In this document: in pieces, positions 8,724 through 16,974 of the stretch
Position numbering within the stretch: the first letter of the stretch is position 1
Layout: every line of letters starts with the position of its first letter
IMG/VR virus record: IMGVR_UViG_3300036790_000104
Span: 1 to 48,047 of that record
Source of the DNA: a virus
Taxonomy: Duplodnaviria > Caudoviricetes
Direction: 5' to 3' (one strand)
Length of the DNA: 48,047 nucleotides
Notes under the pieces: model-generated
Told to the model about the DNA's origin: nothing
Databases searched by the model: none
The model's input: the letters and a program-made list of their open reading frames with translations, nothing else
Position numbers and translations under genes: made by a program

Positions 8724-9194
8724 ATGACTACAGATCAAATTGACACATCAAACCCCTTGGACATGCCCTTAGGTGACATCAAAACCGAACGCCCTCTTAT
8801 CAAACCCGGCATCCTAGCCGACTTCAAGGTCGTGAAATGTTCCCTCATGTCGAATGATTCAAAAACCTTCCGCGTCGAACTGGAAGCACTCAACGACCTG
8901 GATGCGAAGGACGGAGGTGGCATCATTCCTGCTGCAAGGGCCAAGATGTTCGACACCATCAACACCGAACCCACTGGTCAATCCAACTGGGAAATCATTC
9001 AACTCAACTGTGCCGAATTCATCCAAGCAGTTGATCCCACCGCCACCATCCGCACGATGCGCGACAAGCCCGAACACTTCCAGGGTCGCACTGTGCGCAT
9101 TCGTGTTGGTTTACAGAATGAGGGCACGGGTCGCGATGGCGTGTGGCGTGCGTCGCAAAACCGCATTGCTGAGTATATTAAAAAAGCCCAATAG
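8724..9194 (+). CDS. DUF669-like single-stranded DNA-binding protein
   Basis: RPLIKPG...GRTVRIRV...NRIAEY pattern; position after Sak4-like gene; long A-rich leader. Confidence 0.6.
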   Translation: MTTDQIDTSNPLDMPLGDIKTERPLIKPGILADFKVVKCSLMSNDSKTFRVELEALNDLDAKDGGGIIPAARAKMFDTINTEPTGQSNWEIIQLNCAEFIQAVDPTATIRTMRDKPEHFQGRTVRIRVGLQNEGTGRDGVWRASQNRIAEYIKKAQ

Positions 9195-9448
9195 TTAAAC
9201 CGTGGTGATCGTGCCGGGTATTGGGTTTTCTGGTTAGCTCAACTTCTGGTTATTGGGAACACCATAGTGGCGGGAGCACGGAGTTAACGCCACATATTTT
9301 TTACATTATGTCTTTTGGAAAACAATTTGCTGAAAGGTTAATAAAAAACACCTTTGTTGTTTATAAAGGTGAAATTAAACCACCAAAGGGAGTAAGTGCA
9401 GCGTCCTTCGCTATATCATTAACTATAGCCTCTTTTAAAATAAACAAA

Positions 9449-9865
9449 ATGAAAATCCATATAGAAACAATTCCTCATTCTTCACAACGCTATCCAACAG
9501 TTGGTGATTGGTTTTACGATACAGATGGCACTCTCCATATAAAGGTGTCACAAATGTCCGACGAACGCTACGCCATTCTCGTCGCCATACATGAATTAAT
9601 CGAAACGGTGTTATGTAAACATCGCCATATCTCACAAGAAAGTGTCGATAAATTCGACATGGCTTTTGAAGCGGAACGCGAAGCTTTAATCAAAACAGGT
9701 GGAACCGCAAAACAACACGCAGAAATCGTTGGAGCAGAACCCGGAGATGATCCAGCCGCCCCATATAACAAAGAACATTGTTTTGCAACTGGAATTGAGC
9801 GTTTAATGGCAGCAGAGTTAGATGTAAAATGGGTTACATACGATAACGAAATACAAAACCTATGA
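9449..9865 (+). CDS. HExxE zincin-like metalloprotein
   Basis: LVAIHELIE...EPGDDPAAPYNKEHCFATGIE; upstream in-frame starts also possible. Confidence 0.65.
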   Translation: MKIHIETIPHSSQRYPTVGDWFYDTDGTLHIKVSQMSDERYAILVAIHELIETVLCKHRHISQESVDKFDMAFEAEREALIKTGGTAKQHAEIVGAEPGDDPAAPYNKEHCFATGIERLMAAELDVKWVTYDNEIQNL

Positions 9866-10041
9866 ACTACCTCCACCACTACCACCACTGGCCAGAAGCC
9901 TTGTTCATACTGGGTTTAGCCGTTCTATGGTTCATCATCATCTTCTGGGCGATCTTACACCAAGCCACTAAACCGCATTGTCCGGTGTGTTGGTGTATCT
10001 TAGACGATAACGGTAAATGTTTAAACTGCCAACAATATTGA
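9862..10041 (+). CDS. small membrane protein with zinc ribbon
   Basis: TM segment LFILGLAVLWFIIIFWAIL then CPVC...CLNC; ATGA-coupled. Confidence 0.6.
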   Translation: MNYLHHYHHWPEALFILGLAVLWFIIIFWAILHQATKPHCPVCWCILDDNGKCLNCQQY

Positions 10042-10042
10042 T

Positions 10043-11278
10043 ATGAAAATAAGTGTAATCGAACCCGGCGGTTTAAACATCGAACTCGCTATCCTGTTCG
10101 CCGCTAACGGCCATGACGTCGGTTACTTCACCGAATACCGCGAAGCCTTCCCCCGTGGAGATCGGCAATCGTTGGGCACCGGTTTCCCAGGTGTCCACAA
10201 ATTTGAACACATATCGGACGCCCTCGACCACGGCGACATCATTATATGTCCTGACACTCACTCCTGCGACTACCTCCAACTGGCGAAGAAGTATGGCAAG
10301 CCAACATGGGGAGCCGGAAAAGCCGAACGGTTCGAGCAGGACAGGCTATTCGCAAAACAGATGTTAGCTAAACTCGGTCTACCCGTCGGCCCATACTCCC
10401 ACGGCATTGGATTAGAAAGTCTCGAAAATGAACTCAAAAAAACAAAAGACCGCTTCGTCAAATTTCCCGGTTCCTACCGAGGTATCGCAGAAACCAAACA
10501 CCACTACGACTGGGAGAAAACGAAAAGAGAATGGTGGGGCGAGTTACTCAGTGGACTCGGACCTGACCAGGATACAATACAATGGCTTAGTGAAACACCA
10601 ATTAAACACATCATGGAAGTTGCTGCGGATCAACTTACAGTTAATGGAGAATACTCTAAACCAACCCTCATTGGCATTGAAGACAAGGACTCTGCTTACA
10701 TTGGTAAAATCTTCGCAGAACCACCTAAATGCCTTGTTGAGACTAATCAAAAACTCTCAGCTTACATGCGCTCATGCAACGCCAAAACCTTCTTCTCACC
10801 CGAACTCATGCTTGGGGAAGACGGCAAGGCGTATTTAACTGACCCTTGTCTACGAACAGGGCATCCGGTTTCGTCGGTGCAGTTGAGGATATATAAGAAC
10901 CTTTGTAATTATATAATCTTGGCAGCACATAGTGAAATGAACACGCCAATCAAACCCACTCATAAATACGGCATCGCCCTTGAAATCAAAAGTGACCAAC
11001 TGGACGATGGCTGGCTAGAAATACAATTCGATGAAAAACGACGCCACACCATCCACCTCCAATGTGCCCGTAAAGTCAAAGACGCTTACTACGTCATACC
11101 CAAATCTTTCATTGCAGCTACTATTGTGGGTCTTGGTAACACCATCGAAGAAGCGGAAAAAGAGATACATAAAACACTAGAATCCTTCTCGTGTGCGGGG
11201 ATGTCCTACGACCTCAACTCCATTGAGAAGGTTAAGGAAACTATGAAGAAAGGAAAAGATTGTGGCATCGACTTCTAA
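10043..11278 (+). CDS. PurD-like ATP-grasp amidoligase
   Basis: WGAGKAERFEQDRLFAKQMLAKLGLP, FVK, YLTDPCLRTGHP resemble PurD ATP-grasp motifs. Confidence 0.75.
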   Translation: MKISVIEPGGLNIELAILFAANGHDVGYFTEYREAFPRGDRQSLGTGFPGVHKFEHISDALDHGDIIICPDTHSCDYLQLAKKYGKPTWGAGKAERFEQDRLFAKQMLAKLGLPVGPYSHGIGLESLENELKKTKDRFVKFPGSYRGIAETKHHYDWEKTKREWWGELLSGLGPDQDTIQWLSETPIKHIMEVAADQLTVNGEYSKPTLIGIEDKDSAYIGKIFAEPPKCLVETNQKLSAYMRSCNAKTFFSPELMLGEDGKAYLTDPCLRTGHPVSSVQLRIYKNLCNYIILAAHSEMNTPIKPTHKYGIALEIKSDQLDDGWLEIQFDEKRRHTIHLQCARKVKDAYYVIPKSFIAATIVGLGNTIEEAEKEIHKTLESFSCAGMSYDLNSIEKVKETMKKGKDCGIDF

Positions 11279-11480
11279 CATAAATAACTTCACTTTAGTT
11301 AAATGTACAGAATGTGGTGGCGTTGGCCAAATTTTAGTGCCAATTAAACGAAAACCAAACCTAACCGGCATCCTCGACCCGAAGTGGGAGAAGTGGGCAC
11401 TTAACGTCAAAAACCGCGGACAACAAATATACGCAATCAGAGTAACCTATGCACCTCAAAACAAACGAAATAATCATTAA
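11262..11480 (+). CDS. small protein with CxxCGG motif
   Basis: KCTECGGVG; fills gap between ATP-grasp and ParB genes. Confidence 0.5.
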   Translation: MASTSNINNFTLVKCTECGGVGQILVPIKRKPNLTGILDPKWEKWALNVKNRGQQIYAIRVTYAPQNKRNNH

Positions 11481-12675
11481 CGCTCGACAACGTATCGACC
11501 TCGGCAACATCGACGAGATGGTCGAATCCATGTCCCGCTTGGGCCAAATCACCGCCATTACTGTCGAGCGGGTCGGTCTCGAATACCACTTAGTTGCTGG
11601 TATGCGACGTCTCACAGCGGCTAAAAAAATGCAATGGGAGACCATCGAAGTCATCTTCAAAGAGAACTTGACGGAAATGCAACGTCAAGAAATGGAACTC
11701 GAAGAGGACATCAAACGTAAGGATCGGACGTGGCAAGAGCGTTTACTCGCTGTTCAGAAACTCAACACCCTCAAACAATACAGCGACCCTAAGTGGACAC
11801 GCCAAAAACTGGCCGATACCGTCGGTCAAAGCGTGGGCCATGTAAGCGAAAGTATGCAAATCGCCGAGGCGCTCAAACGCACTCAGGGGCAAACCGACGA
11901 GTGGTCTTTGAAACTATGGGCTTGTCCCAACATCCACGAAGCTTTACAGCACTTGGCTCTACGTGTCGAAGACGAAGTGTATGCCGAGATCGTGCGACGG
12001 AAGAAAGCCGCCGCCTTTGGGGTTCCTATTTCTTCACCCATTGTAGAAGAACAAAACGAAAGTAATATTCACAAAGTGAATCTTACAGAGGAGCCGCCAG
12101 CTCGCAAGGTGCAGATTTACAACCGTTTCGCCGAACAAGACGAATGCCAATACGCACTTCTTTTCCACCCGCCTGAACTAGTTCTATCAAACCTCGCCCT
12201 ATTAAAAAGCGACGGCTGTGCTATCATGTGGTTCCAAGGCTTCGGTGCATGGTTCGAAACAATGGAAGCTCTCGACGGCACTGACATCGGTATCGCCGCT
12301 TCCTACCCCCTAATCTGGAATACCCTCAAGGGTTTAACCAACCCCGTTATACCCTTCACCCGCTCATACCAATGCGGCCTATTCCTCGCTCGACTTGCTT
12401 ATCGAAATCCCTCACCCGAAGCACCAAAACCCGGCGTCATGACCGCTCCAATCACCGGCCCTTCAATCCCCCAATCTATCATACAACAATCTTTAGACGC
12501 CATCTGCCCCGAAGGTGCAAAAATCTGGATGCCGTTTGGTGGGCCGGTTGTTGAAGTGGCACAGGCGAATCGGATACCGGTGTGGGTTTGTCCAGATGAT
12601 GCTACGAACGTGGAAACGCTGGCCGACCTCCAAGAGTTTTACAAATCACAATATGGAAAGGTGGAGTTTGTATGA
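11449..12675 (+). CDS. ParB-like CTPase/HTH protein fused to a degenerate DNA methyltransferase fold
   Basis: RQR, LVAGMRRLTAA (GxxRxxA), ELEEDIKRKD, HTH WTRQKLADTVGQSVGHVS; C-terminal FHPPE...LLKSDG...PLIW...IWMPFGG. Confidence 0.8.
   Translation: MHLKTNEIIINARQRIDLGNIDEMVESMSRLGQITAITVERVGLEYHLVAGMRRLTAAKKMQWETIEVIFKENLTEMQRQEMELEEDIKRKDRTWQERLLAVQKLNTLKQYSDPKWTRQKLADTVGQSVGHVSESMQIAEALKRTQGQTDEWSLKLWACPNIHEALQHLALRVEDEVYAEIVRRKKAAAFGVPISSPIVEEQNESNIHKVNLTEEPPARKVQIYNRFAEQDECQYALLFHPPELVLSNLALLKSDGCAIMWFQGFGAWFETMEALDGTDIGIAASYPLIWNTLKGLTNPVIPFTRSYQCGLFLARLAYRNPSPEAPKPGVMTAPITGPSIPQSIIQQSLDAICPEGAKIWMPFGGPVVEVAQANRIPVWVCPDDATNVETLADLQEFYKSQYGKVEFV
12062..12086 (+). promoter_or_regulatory. 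25-bp palindromic site 4 (inside the parB-like gene)
   Basis: GTAATATTCACAAAGTGAATCTTAC encoding SNIHKVNLT in the inter-domain linker. Confidence 0.9.
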
Positions 12676-12833
12676 ACAAAGAACAAACAACAGTTAAACC
12701 AAAAACAATCTACGATATGCCCCCTTCACGCCGTAAACACTTCATCGAATGTCCGGGTTGTCACAAATACTTCGACACCCGCTCAAAGGAAGAAATCAAA
12801 AAACATGAACTCTGTCCTCGCCAACTAAAATGA
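12672..12833 (+). CDS. small zinc-finger protein (53 aa)
   Basis: CPGC...HELC; ATGA-coupled. Confidence 0.55.
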   Translation: MNKEQTTVKPKTIYDMPPSRRKHFIECPGCHKYFDTRSKEEIKKHELCPRQLK

Positions 12834-13007
12834 ACTCAAAATATAAATTAAATCAAAAAGTTTTTATCGAGGGACGACCTACTCCTGGACAAATTATAGA
12901 TATTTATCAAAATGTTAATAAAAAAGACATTTTTGTTTATCGCGTTGATTTTGATTGGGACAGTGTTGTTTGGCTTTGGGAGGCTGATATACAACGAGGA
13001 GAATAAA

Positions 13008-13193
13008 ATGAAACCCTGCCCCTTTTGCAACTCAACCGACTTTAACGACGTCTGGACTGGCTCGAACTACTACATCCAGTGCTACAACTGCGGCGCTCGC
13101 GGCCCCTCTGTCCCATCGTTTGAAGAAGCCGACCAGAATACACGACGTCTTTGTTACGAAAAATGGAACCAAGCTGAAAGGAGACCACAATGA
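13008..13193 (+). CDS. Lar-like restriction-alleviation zinc-ribbon protein
   Basis: MKPCPFC...IQCYNCGARGP...KWN; GAGGAG upstream. Confidence 0.75.
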   Translation: MKPCPFCNSTDFNDVWTGSNYYIQCYNCGARGPSVPSFEEADQNTRRLCYEKWNQAERRPQ

Positions 13194-13372
13194 AAAAAAT
13201 TGAATGGTGTGATTTTTGTAAAACCCCCTATAACGGAGAAAGAGGTTGGACTTTTTTATCTTCAGTAGACCGTTCTTTTGATTATGATTTATGTCCAGCA
13301 TGTAGCGTTTCTTTAGGAATGTATATTATCAAAAAACAAAATGAAAAACCCAGGATTAGTAACCAAAGCTGA
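13190..13372 (+). CDS. small zinc-ribbon protein
   Basis: CDFC...DLCPAC. Confidence 0.65.
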   Translation: MKKIEWCDFCKTPYNGERGWTFLSSVDRSFDYDLCPACSVSLGMYIIKKQNEKPRISNQS

Positions 13373-13814
13373 TGTGCTCAACTCCTCGAAAAATGAGGAC
13401 TGGCCGACAAATCAGGAGTGGTTTGATGAATGGAATAGTGAATTTGGTTTCACATTAGATGCGGCGTCGAATCATGTGAACGCCAAATGTCACAAACACT
13501 ACACCCTCGAATACGACGGCCTAACCCATTCATGGAAGGGGGAACGGGTCTTTATTAACCCCCCATATAACGATCTCGACTCATGGGTTCGTAAGGCAAG
13601 AGATGAAATGATCATGAATAAAACTTTCACTGTCATGTTCATGCCAGCACGCACACAAAATAACTTCTGGCACAACTATGTATGGGATAGCACAAAGCAC
13701 ACCTTTAGACGCGGCATCCAAGTCCGCTTTCTAAAACGAATGCAATTCGCAGATAGTGCCGGCCCATGCCCCTTTGGTTTGATGTTGTTAATCTTTAACC
13801 CAGAACTTTTATGA
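13341..13814 (+). CDS. dam: phage N6-adenine DNA methyltransferase (T1 Dam-like)
   Basis: DWPT, FGFTLDAA, DGLTHSW, FINPPY, PART, IQVRFL. Confidence 0.85.
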   Translation: MKNPGLVTKADVLNSSKNEDWPTNQEWFDEWNSEFGFTLDAASNHVNAKCHKHYTLEYDGLTHSWKGERVFINPPYNDLDSWVRKARDEMIMNKTFTVMFMPARTQNNFWHNYVWDSTKHTFRRGIQVRFLKRMQFADSAGPCPFGLMLLIFNPELL

Positions 13815-13956
13815 CTTTCCTAATACTCATTTTCCCATTTGAGTGGTATTTAACAGTCGAAACTTCAAACGTTGACTACACCGACGGAACCATTCAACGA
13901 AACTGTCACGGCTATCGCTTTTTATGTTTTGAATTACGAGTAATTAAAAGACTAAC

Positions 13957-14283
13957 ATGACCACCTACCGTCTACACCTCCCCCACGACACTTGTATCGT
14001 TAAAGTTTCCAACGACATCATCATCGAAGCTCCGGCTGAGTTTATCAAACACAACCGTGAATGGTATCCATTAGTGCAGATGTTGAACCGCCTGGGTATT
14101 GAAATTGAACCCTTACTCCAAGAGGGTAAATCAGACTTCATCACCTATGGCGATGCGATGTACGAACTCCGCTACACCGACCACAACCGAACACAAATCA
14201 AACGTATATCGAAACACACAGCCGAGAAGGTGGTAAATATACGGTTTGAACAACTCCCTCAACTCCTAAGGATAGCATTGTGA
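13957..14283 (+). CDS. hypothetical protein
   Basis: 108-aa ORF coupled to next gene. Confidence 0.7.
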   Translation: MTTYRLHLPHDTCIVKVSNDIIIEAPAEFIKHNREWYPLVQMLNRLGIEIEPLLQEGKSDFITYGDAMYELRYTDHNRTQIKRISKHTAEKVVNIRFEQLPQLLRIAL

Positions 14284-15266
14284 ACAAATTCCCCACTATC
14301 CCCTGTGCTCACAAGCTCGCTATCGTCTCACCCCTTATCACAACCGAGGAACTCGCGTATCAAGAAGTCCTCACCGGGAAAAACCAAGAGCAATTTAGAC
14401 AGGTGTTGGGGAAAGCCGGTCTTGCTTTAGCCTCATGTTTCATCGGTTCTCTGCATGAACCCGACCAGCTTAAACTCGACCTCGCTCAATTCAACCCCAA
14501 CATCATCGTAACCCTTGGAACTACGGCCCTAAACTACGCCCATACCGGCACACTCTCAACCAAACTCAAAATCACAAAATGGCGTGGTTCCTTATACGAA
14601 TCCTCCCACTTCGGCCATCCAAACCGAAAATGCTTATTCACCCAACACCCAGCCAACGTCTGGGGTGGTTACATCCGGGGCCAATGGCGATACGGAGACT
14701 ACAAACAAGCCCCCTACTTCGCCTTTGATCTCAAACGCGCAGTCTCCGAAGCTCTAAACCCTACTCTAACCCTCCTCAAACGGCTCCTCCTAACCTCACC
14801 CACCTATGATCAAACAATTGAAAACCTCCGTTCACTTCGCCTATCTAAGTCACCTGTGTCGCTTGACATTGAGGGCGGAGTCAATACTATGTCCTGTATT
14901 TCCTTCGCTACGCTCCCCACTCTCGCATTTATCGTTCCATTTGTTAGAAAGGATGGGACATCTTATTGGACGGAACAGGAGGAGTGTGTCATCTGGAGAG
15001 AGTTAGCCCTTACGTTGGAAGACCCTGACATCCCTAAGTGTTTGCAGAACTCACTATACGACACCTTCGTTCTTCAATATTCGTATGGGATTCGAGTTCG
15101 CAACGTGGTAGATGACACAATGTTGAAACATTGGAGCTTATACTGCGAGCTGCGAAAATCCCTAGGTGTCCAAACATCAATATACACACGTCAGCCTTAC
15201 TATAAGTTTATGAGGCTGCAAAACGAAGACGACGAACCTGCGGAAAAAAATGAAGACTCAAACTAA
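14280..15266 (+). CDS. DNA polymerase A N-terminal part: UDG-like domain + 3'-5' exonuclease (ExoI/II)
   Basis: PNIIVTLGTTAL, KWRGS, TQHPA (family-4 UDG-like); SLDIEG, QNSLYD, DTMLKH. Confidence 0.8.
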   Translation: MNKFPTIPCAHKLAIVSPLITTEELAYQEVLTGKNQEQFRQVLGKAGLALASCFIGSLHEPDQLKLDLAQFNPNIIVTLGTTALNYAHTGTLSTKLKITKWRGSLYESSHFGHPNRKCLFTQHPANVWGGYIRGQWRYGDYKQAPYFAFDLKRAVSEALNPTLTLLKRLLLTSPTYDQTIENLRSLRLSKSPVSLDIEGGVNTMSCISFATLPTLAFIVPFVRKDGTSYWTEQEECVIWRELALTLEDPDIPKCLQNSLYDTFVLQYSYGIRVRNVVDDTMLKHWSLYCELRKSLGVQTSIYTRQPYYKFMRLQNEDDEPAEKNEDSN

Positions 15267-15275
15267 GAAAACCCA

Positions 15276-16973
15276 ATGCAAACCACCCCACTCTCAGAAA
15301 TCGACAAGGAGTTCTACCGATATTGCTGTCTCGATAGTGCCGTTACTTACGAAATTAACGATTTTCTTACGCCGCGCATTAAAGGAACAGCTAGGACTCA
15401 ATACGAATTTAACGTTAACATGCTACTCCCGCTCCGCTACATGGAGTTACGTGGAATTAGATATGACATTGAAGGAGCAAGAAATCGTCGCAATATCCTC
15501 CGCGTTAAAATGTTTGAAACACAAGCGCGGTTTAACGCACTCACGGGCTTCGGCTTCACCTGGACATCGAAAGTCGAAATCCAACAACGAGCAGAAGAAA
15601 TCTGTCTCACCAAAGATAAAACCCGCTGTCGCAAATCCCACATTGAAACCTACGAACGCTATCGCGACCTTATATCGCTCAAAACTCCGTCACTTGCAAC
15701 AATCGGTGAACTCGAAGACCTCTGTGAAGTCTCCCTCAACGAGGGTTCCAGTGATCAAATAACCAACTACCTATACAATGAACTCAAGCTCCCAGTCCAA
15801 CTCTCGGAAAAAGACAAGGAAACAGGTAAGCAATCCCCCACGGCAAACTACGAAGCCTGCCTCAACCTATCAAAATGGTGTCAGAAAAACGACCTCAAGG
15901 TTGAGTATGAAATCATCCAACTTATCATCACTCTTAGAGCGTTGGATACACGACAACGAATGCTGGCCATTAGTGCAGATCGAGATAAACGAATCAGATG
16001 CGGATATAACATTGTGGGCAGCGAAACGGGACGCATTACCTGCTATACCTCTCCTACTGGTTCGGGTTACAACCTGCAAACAATACCAAAGTATACTAAC
16101 CCGGACGAAGCCCCTGGAGGAGTTATCGGAGATCGCGACCTTTTCTTGGCTGATGCCGACCACTACATCTTCGAGTGCGATTTGGAGGGTGCCGACTCTT
16201 GGACAGTTGCCGCTTATTGTGCAATGCTTGGTGACTCTACCATGTTGCAAGATTTGCAAGTTGGTATCAGGCCAGCCAAACGTATCACACTCAAACTAAG
16301 AGGAGTTCAAATTGACTATCACAATATCGAAGCAGTTCTTGAAGCAAGCAAGGCGGTTAGCAAGTCCTCGTGGGACTATTTTGCTTGCAAACGAGTTGTT
16401 CACGGCGCAAGTTACCTTGAAGGAGCTAGAACAATTGGAAGAAATATTCTTAAAGACTCAGAGGGGAAAATGTTTATGGATGACAGGGAGTGTAACATGC
16501 TTAAAGACCTCCTCCTCATCGAGTGTTATCCAGGAATCAAACGATATCATCAGTATATCGGTCGACGACTTTCTGAACGCCCTTTCCTCACAGCCGCTTC
16601 CGGCCAAATCCGACAATTCTTCGGACGACCAGACGAAATATTAACAAAAGCCGTCGCTTTTGAACCTCAAGCAAATACAACTTATGCAACCAACAAAGCA
16701 ATGTGGAGATTGTGGACAGACCGAGAAAACCGAATTATCACTACTAACGGAACTAATGCACAACAGACTACAAGACTTCGCGTCGAGTGTCTCCATCAAG
16801 TTCACGATGCACTTGTGGGGCAATTCCATAGGAGTGACACCAATTGGGCTATTGGTAAAATTAAATCCTGGTTTACTAACGAAATTAAAATAGCGGGAAT
16901 TACTATGGTTATACCCTTTGAAGGCGGATACGGGTCATCATGGGGCAACCTTAAAGTCGGGGAGATAAAATGA
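15276..16973 (+). CDS. polA: DNA polymerase A C-terminal part (ExoIII + polymerase domain)
   Basis: YCCLD; ETGR, NLQTIP; motif A CDLEGAD; motif B KRVVHGASY; motif C QVHDAL. Confidence 0.9.
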   Translation: MQTTPLSEIDKEFYRYCCLDSAVTYEINDFLTPRIKGTARTQYEFNVNMLLPLRYMELRGIRYDIEGARNRRNILRVKMFETQARFNALTGFGFTWTSKVEIQQRAEEICLTKDKTRCRKSHIETYERYRDLISLKTPSLATIGELEDLCEVSLNEGSSDQITNYLYNELKLPVQLSEKDKETGKQSPTANYEACLNLSKWCQKNDLKVEYEIIQLIITLRALDTRQRMLAISADRDKRIRCGYNIVGSETGRITCYTSPTGSGYNLQTIPKYTNPDEAPGGVIGDRDLFLADADHYIFECDLEGADSWTVAAYCAMLGDSTMLQDLQVGIRPAKRITLKLRGVQIDYHNIEAVLEASKAVSKSSWDYFACKRVVHGASYLEGARTIGRNILKDSEGKMFMDDRECNMLKDLLLIECYPGIKRYHQYIGRRLSERPFLTAASGQIRQFFGRPDEILTKAVAFEPQANTTYATNKAMWRLWTDRENRIITTNGTNAQQTTRLRVECLHQVHDALVGQFHRSDTNWAIGKIKSWFTNEIKIAGITMVIPFEGGYGSSWGNLKVGEIK

Positions 16974-16974
16974 C

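Noticed and set aside
10043-11278. bona fide purD auxiliary metabolic gene
   Set aside because: Lacks the PurD N-terminal GxGGREHA signature and has no purine-pathway neighbours; no gene symbol assigned
15250-15762. 170-aa alternative-frame ORF after the GGAAAAAAA run as a polA frameshift product
   Set aside because: The two polA halves are already in the same frame; this ORF has no polymerase motifs
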